Assembly: GCA_951406725.2 (NCBI GenBank)
Contig: OX597818.1
Coordinates: 122,822,001 to 122,886,000, forward strand
Length of the DNA stretch: 64,000 bases
Source of the DNA: Octopus vulgaris
Lineage: Eukaryota
Direction of reading: 5' to 3'
Positions 26,439-40,820 of this stretch are shown one piece after another; the first letter of the stretch is position 1; the number at the start of each line of letters is the position of its first letter. Made by a program: the position numbers and the translations under genes. A model generated the notes under the pieces. That model was not told the DNA's origin. It saw only the letters and a list, made by a program, of their open reading frames with translations, and made no database searches.

Positions 26439-27943
26439 TAATTTTTTAAATCAAGCAAATAGAAGAAACTGGGAGTGAAAAAAGAAAAATACTACCATAA
26501 CTTTTGCTGAATCTGCGCCTGCTACTAGTTAGAAAGACACAACTACACCCACTATAACTACAAGCTTTGTTGTTGCTACTGGTACCACTAACTGCAACGC
26601 CTACTGCTATGGTTATTATAAATAACCTCCTGGGTCTGCTGCAATCACCAGGAGTCATCAACAATCAGAAAGAAACGAAATTTTAGCGCCATATAGGAAA
26701 CAAAACATGTTGACTTCCATAAGTGATATCATGAAATTAATTCAATTAAATTACTTTCAATCTATTAATCCTTTTATTTTGTATGACCAAATCGTATAAC
26801 AACTGTAAAATACTTTGATAGAAATTGAAGATACGTTCTTTTATTTTTGATGAATTTCTCAAAGCATTTTCTTTCTTGTTTTGTAACGCATATACACACA
26901 AACACACGCACACACACACACGCCCACGCACACACACACACACAGCACACACACGAACAAACAGACACACACATATGCACACACACAAACTCACAAACAC
27001 GCATATTCAACTATGTGTGTGTGTATGAGTGTGTGTGTGTGTGTGTGTGTGTGTGTAGGTGTACTTATATGTGTATCTACGTCCGTCAGGTATTTCAAAG
27101 GATTCATGTTCTTCCGAAATCTAAGACAGTGACTATCAAATGTGACGAAGCCTTGTCTGAATCAAGACAGAATCTAGAATTGATGAACATGGCATTTGCA
27201 CTTATACATTGTGTACTTGTATCCCTTTAATATAATAGTATATATCATCACTTTATGAGTATGTTAGTATTCTACATGAGTATAGGTGATTTTATGTATG
27301 TGAATTGAGAAAGATTAATGGAAGCAAACGAAAGAAAAGTGTCGGATGCAGTTACTAAATTTTCTCATTCAGTCAGACGGATCCTAGGCGTGTGTATGTG
27401 TGTGTGTTTGCGCGTGCATGTGTGTATGAATGTGTATACAGACATAAAAATTTTATAATAGACATTCAAACGTTGCTAGTTTCTCTGTAGAGAAACTAAA
27501 AGAAATAACGAATAAACGCAATTGATTGGGTTTTCATCGTAGGTGTTTACATCAGTTGACCAATCCTAGAGAAATAAATTGCCAAATCGTTTAGTTATAC
27601 AGAAGAACCGGGTAGCTTCAGACAACCGGGGCTATTAACTGTTTATTAATTTAATACATACATGAGTCTACGTACATAAACAGACAGTCACACTTACAAG
27701 CATACAGACACATACACACAAACACATACACACAAACACATACACATATACACTCATGCACACACACACGCGTACACACGAATACACGCTCACTAACGCA
27801 TATATATATAAGGGTGTGTGTCTGTGTGAACAGAGAGAATGGAACGAGCAAGCTGTTTTATTGCATAATACAACAATTGATTCATGACCATTATACATAC
27901 ACATATAGGACGATAGAAAAATATTTAATGAAAATACTTGACC

Positions 27944-28293
27944 AGCTTGCTAACCAACCACATGGTTCCGGGTTCAGTCCCACTGCGTGGCATCTTGGGC
28001 AAGTGTCTTCTGCTATAGCCCCGGGCCGACCAATGCCTTATGAGTGGATTTGGTAGACGGAAACTGAAAGAAGCCCGTCGTATATATGTATGTATATATA
28101 TGTGTGTGTGTCTGTGTTTGTCCCCCTAGCATGCTGGTGTGTTTACGTCCCCGTCACTTAGCGGTTCGGCAAAAGTGACCGATAGAATAAGTACTAGGCT
28201 TACAAAAGAATAAGTTCCGGGGTCGAGTTGCTCGATTAAAGGCGGTGCTCCAGCATGGCCGCAGTCAAATGACTGAAACAAATGAAAGAGTAA
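27944..28293 (+). mobile_element. SINE family A
   Basis: Near-consensus match to 43905-44321. Confidence 0.92.
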
Positions 28294-28613
28294 TCCACTC
28301 CAAGTGTTCTCAATGAAAGAGTAAATATTGAAATATATTGAGAAGTTGGACTTATGTTGTATGAAGATGCTAACCTGACTCTCATTTGTAGATGACCCTT
28401 AGCAAGAGGCGTCATCGCAGTACGAATGGTGCTTCAAGCATCACCCTTCAAAGAACTTCGCAACGCATTTTTAAGTAGTCAGTACTTCAGATGGAATTAC
28501 AATCATACTTTCTTCTATTTATTTTATAGCAACAAATTAATATTACACTAAGCTTTAATCGCTGCTAAAAAGGCTGAGAAGCGATAATACATTAATATTA
28601 TAATTATCGGTTC

Positions 28614-29190
28614 AAGGCGGTGAGCTGGCAGGATTGTTAGCATTTCCCGTTAAATGCTTAGCGGCATTCCGTCCGTTTTTATTTTCTGAGTTCAAGTTCT
28701 GCCGAGGTTGAATTTGCCTTTCATCCTTGAGGTATGGTTACAATAAGTACCTCTGTGTGTGTGTGTTTGTATTTGTGTGTGCGTGCGTGCGTGTGCGTGG
28801 GTATGTCTGTATGTGTCTTCGCCACTGTATTTGTCTCCCGCTTTCCAACTGGTTTTGGTGTGTTTATATCCCCGAACCTTAACGGTTCGGCAAAATATAC
28901 AGGTCAAATAAGTACTAGACTTAAAACAAATATGTATTGCTGTCGATTGTTTAGACGAAAATTCTTCAAGGCAGTACCCCAACATGGCCGCAATATTATG
29001 ATTGAAACAAGTGCTCCAGTCCACTCAGCTTTATCGCACTCTGTGTCATGCTGAATCTCAGTGAGGTCTGCGTTAAGGGTAGGAGTGTCTGTGGACTGCT
29101 CGGCCATTTTCACGTTAATTTCACGAGCATGCAGTTCTATCCATTAGATCAACTGAAAAACCTGTCGTTGTAACCGACGTAGAGCCAGCC
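28614..29190 (+). mobile_element. Composite SINE: family B head, family A tail, family C 3' part
   Basis: aaggcggtgagctggcagg head; cggttcggcaaaa...catggccgca tail; tgctccagtccactcagct...gtaaccgac. Confidence 0.75.
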
Positions 29191-30930
29191 AGTTTTACAG
29201 AATCGAAATCGTATTTTACACTACAGTTAAAGAGAGTTTGTCTTTTTCATGGAAAGTTTACTGACAAAAGTAATAAAATAAATTATAGCTTTTCTCTGTC
29301 AAATCGAGAGACAGGTAATATATGCTGCTCTGTACACATGAAAAATAAAATAAAAACGAAAAGAAAGAGAACACTTTAGGTGTTAATTTCCATTTAAACA
29401 AACCAAAGAATCATTTATTTTCAGAAGGAAAAAAAAATAATTTCGAATTGGTAATGTTTGAAATATGTGTTGTAACACTTCATGTTAGTGAATTTTAGAG
29501 CGCCATCGATTACCAGAAAGACGTAAATTATGACGAGAATATTGTGACACCGATCTCAACTAATTCCTCTTAATGATTATGTAACTAAATTTGTAAAATG
29601 AGACATAACTAGAGAAAATTGTGATTTAATGATTGTTAACATTATTTTTACCTCTCTATTTTCTATTATATATGACAAACGAAATCAATCTTTGCTCATA
29701 CACTTTTGGAAGAATCTAAATACAAATTTCGTGGGGTACAGTAAAATTTAATTTGAATCTATTCTTATCATTTGAAATCGGTTATGTTTTCATATAATAT
29801 ATAAGACGCCAAAATGGCAGAGTAGTTAAAGCCTTGACTATATAGTATAACAATCTTCGTTCCAGCTTTCTCAAATCTGACTTCAAATATCACCAGTGTG
29901 TCTATCCAGAAGAGTCTTGCAATAGTACAGTTTTTCTTACCATCTCTTTCTCTCCTGCTTCCTTTCTCTATTTCTACTTGTTCCTCTCAGGAAGAAATCG
30001 GCCGTCGTCAGCCGTCAAAGTAGAGCGGAGTCAGTGAGATCTGTAAGTGCCCAAGACACGCCGTATATCATGACAGCGCCTCTACCACGTCATTAGGAAC
30101 TAGGAGCCTAAGACACGACAAGGAATATAATGCATATTGTTTTACTCTGTTCACACATTCAGATAGTGGTTATCCTAGGTAGTCTATTTGAAAGATTTAG
30201 TCGATGATATTTATCACACTATTTATTTCCTACTGATGGGAGTGAGACGGAGACTTGTTGGAAAGCACACGTGTTTTGGGTCGACTCAAGATTATGGTAG
30301 AGACCATTTTCCACGATATCACTCCAGGGGATCTTACTAGTGTATCATGTTTGCGAAACCACCTTCTTAACATACTGCTGTTTTTTACGTTAACTGTTAA
30401 TGTTCTGTAACATAGCAGTTCGGTAAATATGTCTATAAAATAATTACCAGGCTGGAATAAATATTGTAACCAACATCTTAGACTTAATCCTTAACAGCAT
30501 AGTGATTGATAGAAACACGAATACTGAGCATCAAAAACAGACAGTAAATTCACACACACACACACACACACATTCACACACATTCAAACACATACACAAA
30601 CTGCACCACACAAACACACATATATATGGTGGGTTCCCGTAGAGTCTGTGGCTACGAATTTCTGTCACAAGCAATGGTCAGTCAATCGGAGGCGACAGTA
30701 TCAAAATTTGATTTTTTTCCCAAAGTTCCTGATCCACAGCTACAGGTAAATAGCCTCATCGCATCATGAAACGAAGACTAAGATTGGATCCTGTAAATGT
30801 TGAACTCTACATTCTCCAGGCAACTTGTGCTATCAGTGTAGAGTCAAGCATTTTCTGCATTGATTTGGATGTTCCCATTGAGGTCAAGAAGGAGGTTTTA
30901 GCGCCTGTGATAATAATGTTGATGATGATG

Positions 30931-30999
<69 letters not shown>

Positions 31000-31192
31000 A
31001 ATGGGATTGGTACTTGGATGTTGAATGTCTTCCGCGATAATTAACAACCAAATATTAAAGTTTATAATGTGAGGAAAGATACCCTGCAAGACCTCTGACA
31101 GTAGGCGGCTGTCAGCTCTCACAGAATCGATGAGAGCAAACAAGACCGAACGATCTGAGAAATAAAACAACAACAACAACAACAACAACAAC

Positions 31193-31246
<54 letters not shown>

Positions 31247-31644
31247 TACATGGATTCCTACACAGGGCTCTCCATTCAAACATAAATATAATCTAATAAC
31301 AACGGTGGAATGGGATAAAGGAACATGTGGAAGACTTGAAGGAAGCGGCTTTTAACGAAAATACTCACAAAAACCAAATTTTACTGCCATACAGAGCACA
31401 GTTTCTCCCATGCACGATGTCTCAGTGAAACATGTTCAAAAGACACGCGAAATCAACATTGGAAAGCTGACAAATTATAAAATATAAGTGGAAAAAAACA
31501 GTAAGTACGTAAATTGATTATTTACGCATACACTCGAATGTCTACACAACCATATACACATTTTAATACCCACAGGACTACACATACATCCCAATGTCTA
31601 CACAACTACGTGAAATTTACAAGACACACATAATAATAATAATG

Positions 31645-31714
<70 letters not shown>

Positions 31715-31739
31715 CAACAACAACAACAACAATAAGGAA

Positions 31740-32600
31740 GAAGTAGAAAAATGACATGCAGAAAAATTACGCAAGAAGGGACTACACAATCAATTCCATG
31801 TAGCCAACAAGCTGTTGGAAAATAGGTGGGATTGGCTGATGAAAGAAACCCTTAAAGGAGACCGAGAGAACTATACTGGCACCGCAGGACCAAATTCTGG
31901 CCATGAACTGGAGGATCAACCTAAGGAATTAGCAAATGTCTCCGCTTTACTGCATCAGCAATAGAGTGGATGAAACCATTGCCCATATCACGAACGAATA
32001 CCTTAGACTTGCCCCAAACCACTAAGAGTTGTGGCGACATGACCACGTAGCGAATGTGTTACATTGGAAACTGTGCGGAAAGTGGGGGCTAAAGAGAAGC
32101 AAGATGTGGTATGAGCACAACATGCAGAGAGATGCAGAGTAGGAGACTAGCAAAATACTCTGAGATTTTCTAATTCAAACAGATCAGGTGCTAGAGCATA
32201 ACACACCGGACCTAGTGGGGATGGACAACGTGCAACACACACATATACTATATAGTTGACGGTGCATGATTCTTTGACCCACGAATATGCAAGAAGGGAG
32301 GCGAAATGATAGATAGATAGATACAACCCTCTTATGTACGAAATAACCCGGTAATGGAAAATGAAGTTGAAGATAGTGTCAATTATTGTTGAGAATGTAT
32401 AAGGGGGAATATAAAATAAATTGGAATAGAGTGTCCAGTAGAATTATTACAAAAGGTTCGCCTCCTTGGCATGGCCAGAATAACCAGGAAAATATTAGAT
32501 AGCTGAATAGAATGAATAGTATGGTACTTTAGGCTACTAGTAGTAAGCCCGCTACGCATGCAAGACCCCAGAAGCTCCAAAAAAACCTGTGATAAAAATA
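31740..32600 (+). mobile_element. R4/Dong-like LINE remnant next to (TAA)n
   Basis: QDQILAMN, ETIAHITNE, RHDHVANVLHWKLCGKWGL, WYEH, IL*DFLIQTDQVLEHNTPDLV. Confidence 0.85.
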
Positions 32601-32874
32601 AAAAATAAAAACGGCACTATTAATATCATCAACAACAGCAACAACAACAACAATAATTATAATAATTCGGTACGGTGAAAATACTCAAGAGGTTTGAGAT
32701 AATTGAAAAGAACAGATAGCATGGTACCGTAGGCTGTAGACAAGACTCCAAGAGGTTCCAACAAAATCTGAGGTTAAAAGAACAAATAGAACAAATACAA
32801 CAACAATATTAGAAAGTGCATTGCAGAAGTTTTGAGAATTTTTCAGGAGAGACATTATCGTCAAAGAAATACAA

Positions 32875-33225
32875 AACTCTAATCTCATTCAAAGTAGGAT
32901 ATTCTGACTTTAATACACTTCCAGCACTTCAGCAACTTCAGGAAGGTCCCATGGAAGTTCTTCAAAGGGAAGATGTTCCAGGACACTTATCACAGACACT
33001 TTCATCTTCTCCGTTTCTTCAAAACAGATTGAAAACAGCCAAAAGTCCCAGGAGGAAAATCTAGACTGCTGAAAGAGTGAGGAAAAATTTTGACACACAT
33101 CTTCCTCGGGTAGCTGGTTATCAGGATGGAATTGTGGACTGTGCATTGTCCTGGAGAAGAGTGCCCATAAACTGAGTAGAAAACTCTGGCCCTTTCCGAT
33201 GAAACCTCCAGGAAGTACTCATTGT
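32875..33225 (-). mobile_element. Mariner transposase fragment (catalytic region)
   Basis: RKGPEF...LLQDNA, VHNSILITSY. Confidence 0.65.
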
Positions 33226-34133
33226 TGACCCCGTGGTGACACCTAATCCACGATCATGACCTGAAGCTACTTCAGAGTTATTAGTAAATCTTAGAATTAG
33301 TACTAACAACACAGGAAATAGACCCATAAGGTCATCACGCTATCGAGCTACGTAGTCACAGCGGATGCCGCAGCTCAAATCTTGACAAGGCTATGTTCTC
33401 TTCGCAATTTAAAAAACTTAATGCTTCTTAAATTCGCGCATAGCATTTTAATAACGAACACCTTAGCTTATAACAACTTGGTTTCGATTCTATTTCATTT
33501 TATCATATTTTGTTGTTTATTTTGAAGACGTATGTCTGAAATAACAGTTAATGGAACTGACAAAGATTTATCAGTAAAAGAATAATTTTTGCAAATTTTA
33601 TTCCATTGTCTTATTTTTGTACCATTGCACAATATGTGTAATTATTCTAAATTGTTATATTTTTTATACACTTTCTCTGTTACATAAGTTATTGATATTA
33701 CTTGATGAAGCTTCTTGCGTTACTAATGAGGAAATATTGTTAGAACGAAACAAAAGACAAAATTAAGATGCTATAAAAGCAATAATAGCTATTAATGATA
33801 ATGATGGGCGAATCATCAATATATGTATCTGGAAACAGCCAAACCTGACAACTATGACTTGACTAATTGCAAATGTATTTTTTTAAATATGCAACGTATT
33901 ATTATCGTTGGTTAAGAAATAGAAAATTAGGTTACAGAAATGAGAATGGTTGTAATACAAAAATCTGTCATGCCCCGTCCCTTGCTCCCAAATAGTTGTT
34001 CCTCGCAACCTTTTATAGGTCATATATTCATCTAAACTATACTTTAGACAGCATTATGTCATTGTGATTCCGATTAAGTAAAATGTTGCCAAATATTCGG
34101 CCGCACTGATTAACGAATTTCTCTCTATGCCAT

Positions 34134-34140
<7 letters not shown>

Positions 34141-34180
<40 letters not shown>

Positions 34181-34358
34181 GTGTGTGTGTGTGTGCGTGT
34201 GTGTGTGCGTGTGTGTGTATGTATGTATGCATGCATGTATGCATGTATTTATGCATATATATACACATATATATAAATATATATAGATATATATGAACAT
34301 ACATATATGTATATATATATACATATATATATGTACATATATATGTATGTATATATAT

Positions 34359-34400
<42 letters not shown>
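34141..34400. repeat. Compound (TA)/(TG)/(TATG) microsatellite
   Basis: Direct inspection. Confidence 0.9.
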
Positions 34401-34401
<1 letters not shown>

Positions 34402-34403
<2 letters not shown>

Positions 34404-34780
34404 CACAGGTGTGGCTGTGTGGTAAGAAACTTGCTTTCCAACCACATGGCTTCAGGTTCAGTCCCACTGCGTACCACCCTGGATAAATGTCTTCTACTAT
34501 AGCCTCGGGCCGACCAAAGCCTTGTGAGTGAATTTGGTTGATGGAAACTGAAAGAAGTCGTATGTATGTATGTATGTATGTATGTATGTATGTGTGTATG
34601 TATGTATATATGTGTGTCAGTTCCCCACCATCACTTTGACAACCGATGGTGTGTTTAGCGGTTCGGCATAACAGACTGATAGAATAAGTACTAGGCTTAG
34701 AAAGAATAAGTCATGGGTTCGATTTGTTCGACTAAAGGTGATGTCCAGCATGAACGCAGTCAAATGACTGAAACTAGACT
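34402..34780 (+). mobile_element. SINE family A
   Basis: gcacaggtgtggctgtgtggtaag head through gcagtcaaatgactgaaac tail. Confidence 0.9.
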
Positions 34781-35800
34781 ATAACAGGTTGTGGTTTTAC
34801 AGAAGTGCAGATGATACAACAAATTTAAGGGTAGCAGGGATACAAATATTTTCAACTAAAATTGAAAAACCAGTTTTTAGACAGAATGGACGAAATCCAT
34901 GACACCCGATGCCACACACCGAATATAGAACTCCGAATGTTATAGATTATTCCCACAAAGCCCTCTTTATGTAACCAATTAAAATTCTTTCCAAATTATT
35001 AAAATTCACCCCAACTCAACAAAATTCCAACATGAATGAAATACAGATCGATATTCAGGAATATATTATAAAACTACGCACAAAAGAACAATTGTAAGAC
35101 AAAGACGTTAACGAAGAATGAATGCTTCATAATAAAGGTAACTACAAACTGAAAAAGAGTAAAAACCAAACCCTGGACTTTTTTTTGTTGTTTTGTAACT
35201 ATTTTTTCTCATAATTTGCTACCGCATTCAAAATTTATAGCAAATACCTGCCGACAAAAATCGAAAATCTTCAATGACTTAACGTGTAATCGCAATGTAG
35301 TAATAAAAGAAACTGATAAAGGCACAGTTATAGACATTATAGTTTCAAAATATAACATTAACGATACACGGGTTCTACTTCAAAATCTATTATGAAAAGG
35401 TAAGCGATTGCCAACAGTCCGAAATAATGAAGAAACTCACCCCTTCATCCAACAGTTCCCAAAGCATTTAACGGAAAAACAAAGAAAGTATTTAACGAGA
35501 TTTGAATTCTGACTTGAAAATGTCCAAACGGCCTACCTGAACGAATTGGGGAATAATTTAACACTGAAGGGTTAAGGTTCAAGCTACAAAGTAACTCCTT
35601 TAACTCCAGAGACAGCACTTGCAGGACAAAAATCTGAGACTGTAATAGAGATGAACTTTTCCACCACATTTGCTAACGTTGTTCAAAAATACTTAGGAGT
35701 TCAAATATACGAAAACGCCAGACTGAAATTTGCCAATAACCTTCATAAATAACCTTCGTACCTGCAAGCCCACTGGAAACGATATCTGGACCGTTGTGTG

Positions 35801-35862
<62 letters not shown>

Positions 35863-35865
<3 letters not shown>

Positions 35866-36074
35866 GGTGTCCCCAAAAAATGTATGCATACTTTAACTGT
35901 TTTTGCACTTCAACTGCATTTTTACACTTCCAGTATCATTTTAGAATGAATTTTCTTTGTTCAAAGCTTAAACTGACTGCCATCATTAAATCCTATAGGT
36001 TTCATCTGGAAAGAAAAAATATCAAATGAGTTATCAGCTGCTAAAGTGTGTATACAGTTTTTGGGGACACCCTG
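35863..36074. mobile_element. Tc1/mariner-type MITE (212 bp) with TIRs and TA TSD
   Basis: TA-CAGGGTGTCCCCAAAAAA ... TTTTTTGGGGACACCCTG-TA, inserted in (TA)n. Confidence 0.92.
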
Positions 36075-36169
36075 TATATATATATCACGTCACGTGATCA
36101 CGTGACCGACCAGACCATCAGATGTTGTTACACATCGCTGGTCACAATGCGTTTGCATTGTTTTAGCCT

Positions 36170-36211
<42 letters not shown>

Positions 36212-36287
36212 CAAACAAAACCATTTCAGCTTAAAACAGTTCAAAATCTTAATTCAAAACCGAAAACGAAGAATTCTCCTTCTTTTG

Positions 36288-36755
36288 TTAGGCTGGACAA
36301 AAAGCTCGTTCGTTTCTTTTCTTTTTACATGGGTGAACGTTAGATATCTGACACTGTTCACTATATTCCTTTTAGTATGCGTACTAGTTAGATACCTGAC
36401 ACATTAACGTAGTTTGCCACGAATTTCCGACGAGACAGGTTGTATTTTGTGTGCTTCAGGTCACTTTTAAAATTGAGAAACAAAGCGAATATTATCGACA
36501 CATAATGCCATTTTTTACTCTCTTGAACAGAAAGAAATCAGCGAATATCCGCCGGAAGATATGTGTACGGAAAGAATGCTGTTACAGACGTGGATTTCGA
36601 GATTTCGATCGGGACATTTTTCCATTGAAGATGTAATTCTCTCTTGAGACTGACGGCAACAAAGTGAAGGCATTATTGATTCGGCCAAGTAGATGTTCTC
36701 CAAATATCCAAATATAGTATTCAAAAACCATCTACATCAACTTGGTTACATCAAG
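36288..36755 (+). mobile_element. Degenerate mariner 5' fragment
   Basis: EKQSEYYRHIMPFF...KKSANIRRKIC resembles a mariner N-terminal HTH; later HLHQLGY. Confidence 0.6.
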
Positions 36756-36899
36756 TGTTAGGTGTAGGCGGAACTCGAATAAGCGTGACTTTAAATATTA
36801 AAAGCATAATTTCTTATGATATTGTCTTGAATGTCTGTGCGCGGAAGCAGCCCATTCCTTGATGTAGGAGTAATATTTCAAATTCTAATTCACTTGAAC

Positions 36900-37620
36900 A
36901 TTGTAGAGTGTCAGCAATTGATGAGAAATTGACATATAATCTGGGCCTAAAAACGAAATATCAGTGTTTGGAATGCAGCACTTACTATGTTAAATATTTC
37001 GACACATAGGACCTTTAGAGATAGAGAGCGTCCTTGAGAGCTCTGGTTGCGTGCTGCCAGTTGTTACGGTGTTTGTAGCGGGCTTAAATCTTGTTGATAT
37101 GGGTAGTACTTGTGCGTTTGTAGTATTGAAAGGTACAAGACTGACGTGGTGCCATTGGCAAATTATTTCGAGGACTTCGTTCATGATTTGATGTATAATG
37201 TCTAGGTGAAGTTTGAATGGTGTGTAGTTGGGGTAATTTAGCGTAGGATGAAGGACAGCATCATTTGCTTTGGGACATGACAGCATGTACGTCACTGATG
37301 TATAAAAGAGAATGTTATGGCAATAACGTGATTTTGTAGGGGGGGAAGAGCCGTTAATTCACCTCAAGAAGCTACTGGCCCGAGAGATAAGAGACACTTG
37401 CTCTTAGACACAAAGTTTTGATAGAAAATGTGCAAATTCTTTAGACTAAAAGGTAAAAGTATTTCATCTGTAAACCGCAGTAAATCCTCTGCAATCCACC
37501 AATAGCCGAAGTACTTTACGTGGACCATTACTTGTAGTCCATAGCATGCCAATCTCACTACGAGAAGTGCTCAGTATGGTTTCTTTCAGTTGGATCATCT
37601 TCTCCGAATCAATTTAGAAT
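36900..37620 (-). mobile_element. Degenerate CR1/L2/Jockey-group LINE RT fragment
   Basis: RLACYGL, LLYISDV, ANDAVLH (YADD-like), ICQWHHVSLVPFNTTNAQ (cf. W..NLV.FNASKTQ). Confidence 0.6.
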
Positions 37621-39075
37621 TAATTTTCCAGTCTACATATTATTGATCTCAATTCACGGATCACTTCTTTATGGATTAGTCTTTGTGCATCCAAAGTTTA
37701 GTGCTTTATAAATTTCCATATACATACGGTTCTGTGAAGACGACCTAATATTTTGTCTGGTGTGAATCGCCACTTGCGGGTCATATTTTGTGGAGGATAT
37801 TTTTCCCGGATCAGGTTTTGTAGACAGCTTTTGTGAGCCGCTTACTTTGTGTGTTCCATTTGTAGGTCAAGATTTACGAAGCCGGCCCGCTGTTATATTA
37901 TATACTCATATAACCTAGCCTCTCCTTTATTGGACAGCTTTTCTTATTAGGCTTCCTCCTACTGGATCATTCTTCATGGGGCATCACAATGATGGCCATT
38001 TCTTTAATTTGATTTTGCTTGGTGTTCACTCGGCTTTGTCTTACTGATTCATTAGATCTCCCTGGAATCCTCTACCTATAGAATTACTTACGTTCGAGCA
38101 CTCTTCTTCTTGTGTTTCACAGTGACTGTGCGAAAATTTTATTTTGTTTTATTTTAATTAATTCTCTTATTTAAATGTTTTATTTCATTTAATTTTAGTT
38201 AATAATCTCTTACTATAAATATTAAGTTAATTTAACTTTAACTCCGTTGGATGACTTAGCACGGATCTCTTTTGTACGGATATCTATGATCGTTTAGCCT
38301 GCATTATGCATTACTGCATCGAACATTCTCACTCGGATGCGGATCACACAAAAGACGGTTCCCGCCACGGAGGAATCGCTACCGACATGATGGCTGTTAT
38401 TAGTCTATTTCAATATTACAATTGCGATTCGATTTATTCAACCAATACCTAGAAGGCAGTGCTCCAACGTAGCCAACAAGTGATTCCCGAAAGTAAGTAA
38501 AAAGCAGTAGCACAATGTATCGCTTCACAAACGAAACTTTCGCAGCATTGGCAGAATATTTTCTTCAAGTAGTTCTTTGGACGAAAACTGCTGCCCCACT
38601 GCATTGTTTAAGCAATTGTTTTGGCCATTATTCCGAAATCTATATCAATGAATTGACCTGAGGTCAATTTAATCGATTACATCGTAATTCTTAAAGAGTT
38701 GGCATGATGCCCAATGAGATGAAATTAGTAATATTCATTTTCTTTATAATTTTTCTATATGGAACAAACGGCATTAGTTTCCAGCTTCACTCTTTGTTAT
38801 CATACAACAGAATTTATTTCTTATATACTGTTCTTGCTACAAATGTTTTATCTGACCTTATCGTTGTTTAGCTCCAAGTCTTCTCTGTTTCAGCAAACCT
38901 ATGATTTAAGAATTTCCAGCTGTGACCTCTTGTCTAATTTAGGAATATTTAGGACTTCAGATTTATCCAATTTCATGTCTTCTTTGACGTGATTTCGGAG
39001 TGATTTAGTTGCTCTTTCTACTCGGCCCTGTTACAACACAAATTCAACGTCATCGCCTTTTTGGTAACAATATTA

Positions 39076-39308
39076 AATAAAAGAAATGCACCTTTTAAAA
39101 GCCTAGCCGGGATCACGGGCCCCGTTTCCCGGTTTCTATGGCGTATGTGTTCCCCAGCTGGACATTTTTGCCAGCTGAGTGGACTGGAGCAACGTGAAAT
39201 GAAGTGTTTTGATTAAGAACACAACGCGTCGCCCGATCCAAGAATCGAAACCACAATCTTACGATCATGATGCTGACATCCTAACCACTAAGCCACACGC
39301 CCCCACGC
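39076..39308 (-). mobile_element. tRNA-SINE family C with an 11-bp TSD
   Basis: gtggcttagtggttagg...gtttcgattc head; taacaatatta at 39065-39075 and 39309-39319. Confidence 0.88.
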
Positions 39309-39421
39309 TAACAATATTAGTGAACTTTAAATAATAGAGTACACTTACAAATTCACGCTACAAAACCTTTTCGTAACTAAATGTGCAGCACATGATTAAA
39401 AATGAAATATTTTATCAATTC

Positions 39422-39499
39422 ACATACATATATAGATGCATAGATAGATAGATAGATAGATAGATACATACATACATACATACATACATACATACATAC

Positions 39500-39530
<31 letters not shown>

Positions 39531-39940
39531 CATACATACATACATACATACATACATACATACATACATACATACATGCACACACACATACATATATACA
39601 TACATACATACATAAATACATACATACATACATACATGCACACACACATACATATATACATACATACACGCATACATACATACATACACACACACATACA
39701 CACACATACATACATACATACATACATACATACATACATACATAATACATACATACATACATGCATACATACATACATAATACATACATACATACATACA
39801 TGCATACATGCATACATACATACATACATACATAATACATACATGCATACATGCATACATGCATACATACATACATACATACATACATACATACATACAT
39901 ACATACATACATACATACATACATACATACATACATACAT
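39422..39940. repeat. Long imperfect (TACA)n microsatellite
   Basis: Direct inspection. Confidence 0.95.
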
Positions 39941-40265
39941 GAAGGAGCACTTGGTCAGTTACGATGACAAGGGTCCCAGACGATACGATCAACGGAGCAG
40001 CTTGCTCGTGAAATTAACATGCAAATGATTGAGCGCTCCACAGACACGTGTACCCTTAACGTAGTTCTCGGGAAGATTGAGCGTGACACCTTGTGTGACA
40101 ATGCTGGCCCCTTGAAATACAGGTACTACTCATTTTTGCCAGATGAGGAGACAGGAGCATCGTGAAATGAAGTGTCTGGCTCAAGGACACAACGCGGCGC
40201 CAGGAATTGAACTCACGATCTTACGATGTGAACCGAACGCCCTAACCACTAAGCCGCGCACCTTC
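39941..40265 (-). mobile_element. tRNA-SINE family C, full length
   Basis: Head gcgcggcttagtggttagggcg; 3' part colinear with 25761-25940. Confidence 0.88.
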
Positions 40266-40750
40266 AGATACATACATACATACGAATACGCACACGCACA
40301 CACACATTCACATACACACACATGAGTGTGTGGAATGTATTATTTAATAATGCAGACACACACTAATAGAAATATGTAAGCAGGTAAATATGTAGATTTT
40401 AAAATGATAATTAATGAACAATAAACAATTAATCGATACGTTTTAAAATCAATATTAATATATTATAATAAATTGGTAAATGATTTGCGAATGATAATCC
40501 ACAGACGTGCATTTAAACGGCGAAAATACGCAGGTACACACACATACATATACACGTACACGCACGCACGCACACGCGTATGCGCACATAACACATAGCG
40601 ACGTATGTACATACACAGACGTATGAAATAGACAAATCTTTCGATTTGTAATTACCGGACGAGAGATGAATGCTGAATATTTATATATTGAAGTTCATAC
40701 ACACACTTATACATGCACACACAAATATACATATACATATATAAATATAC

Positions 40751-40820
<70 letters not shown>

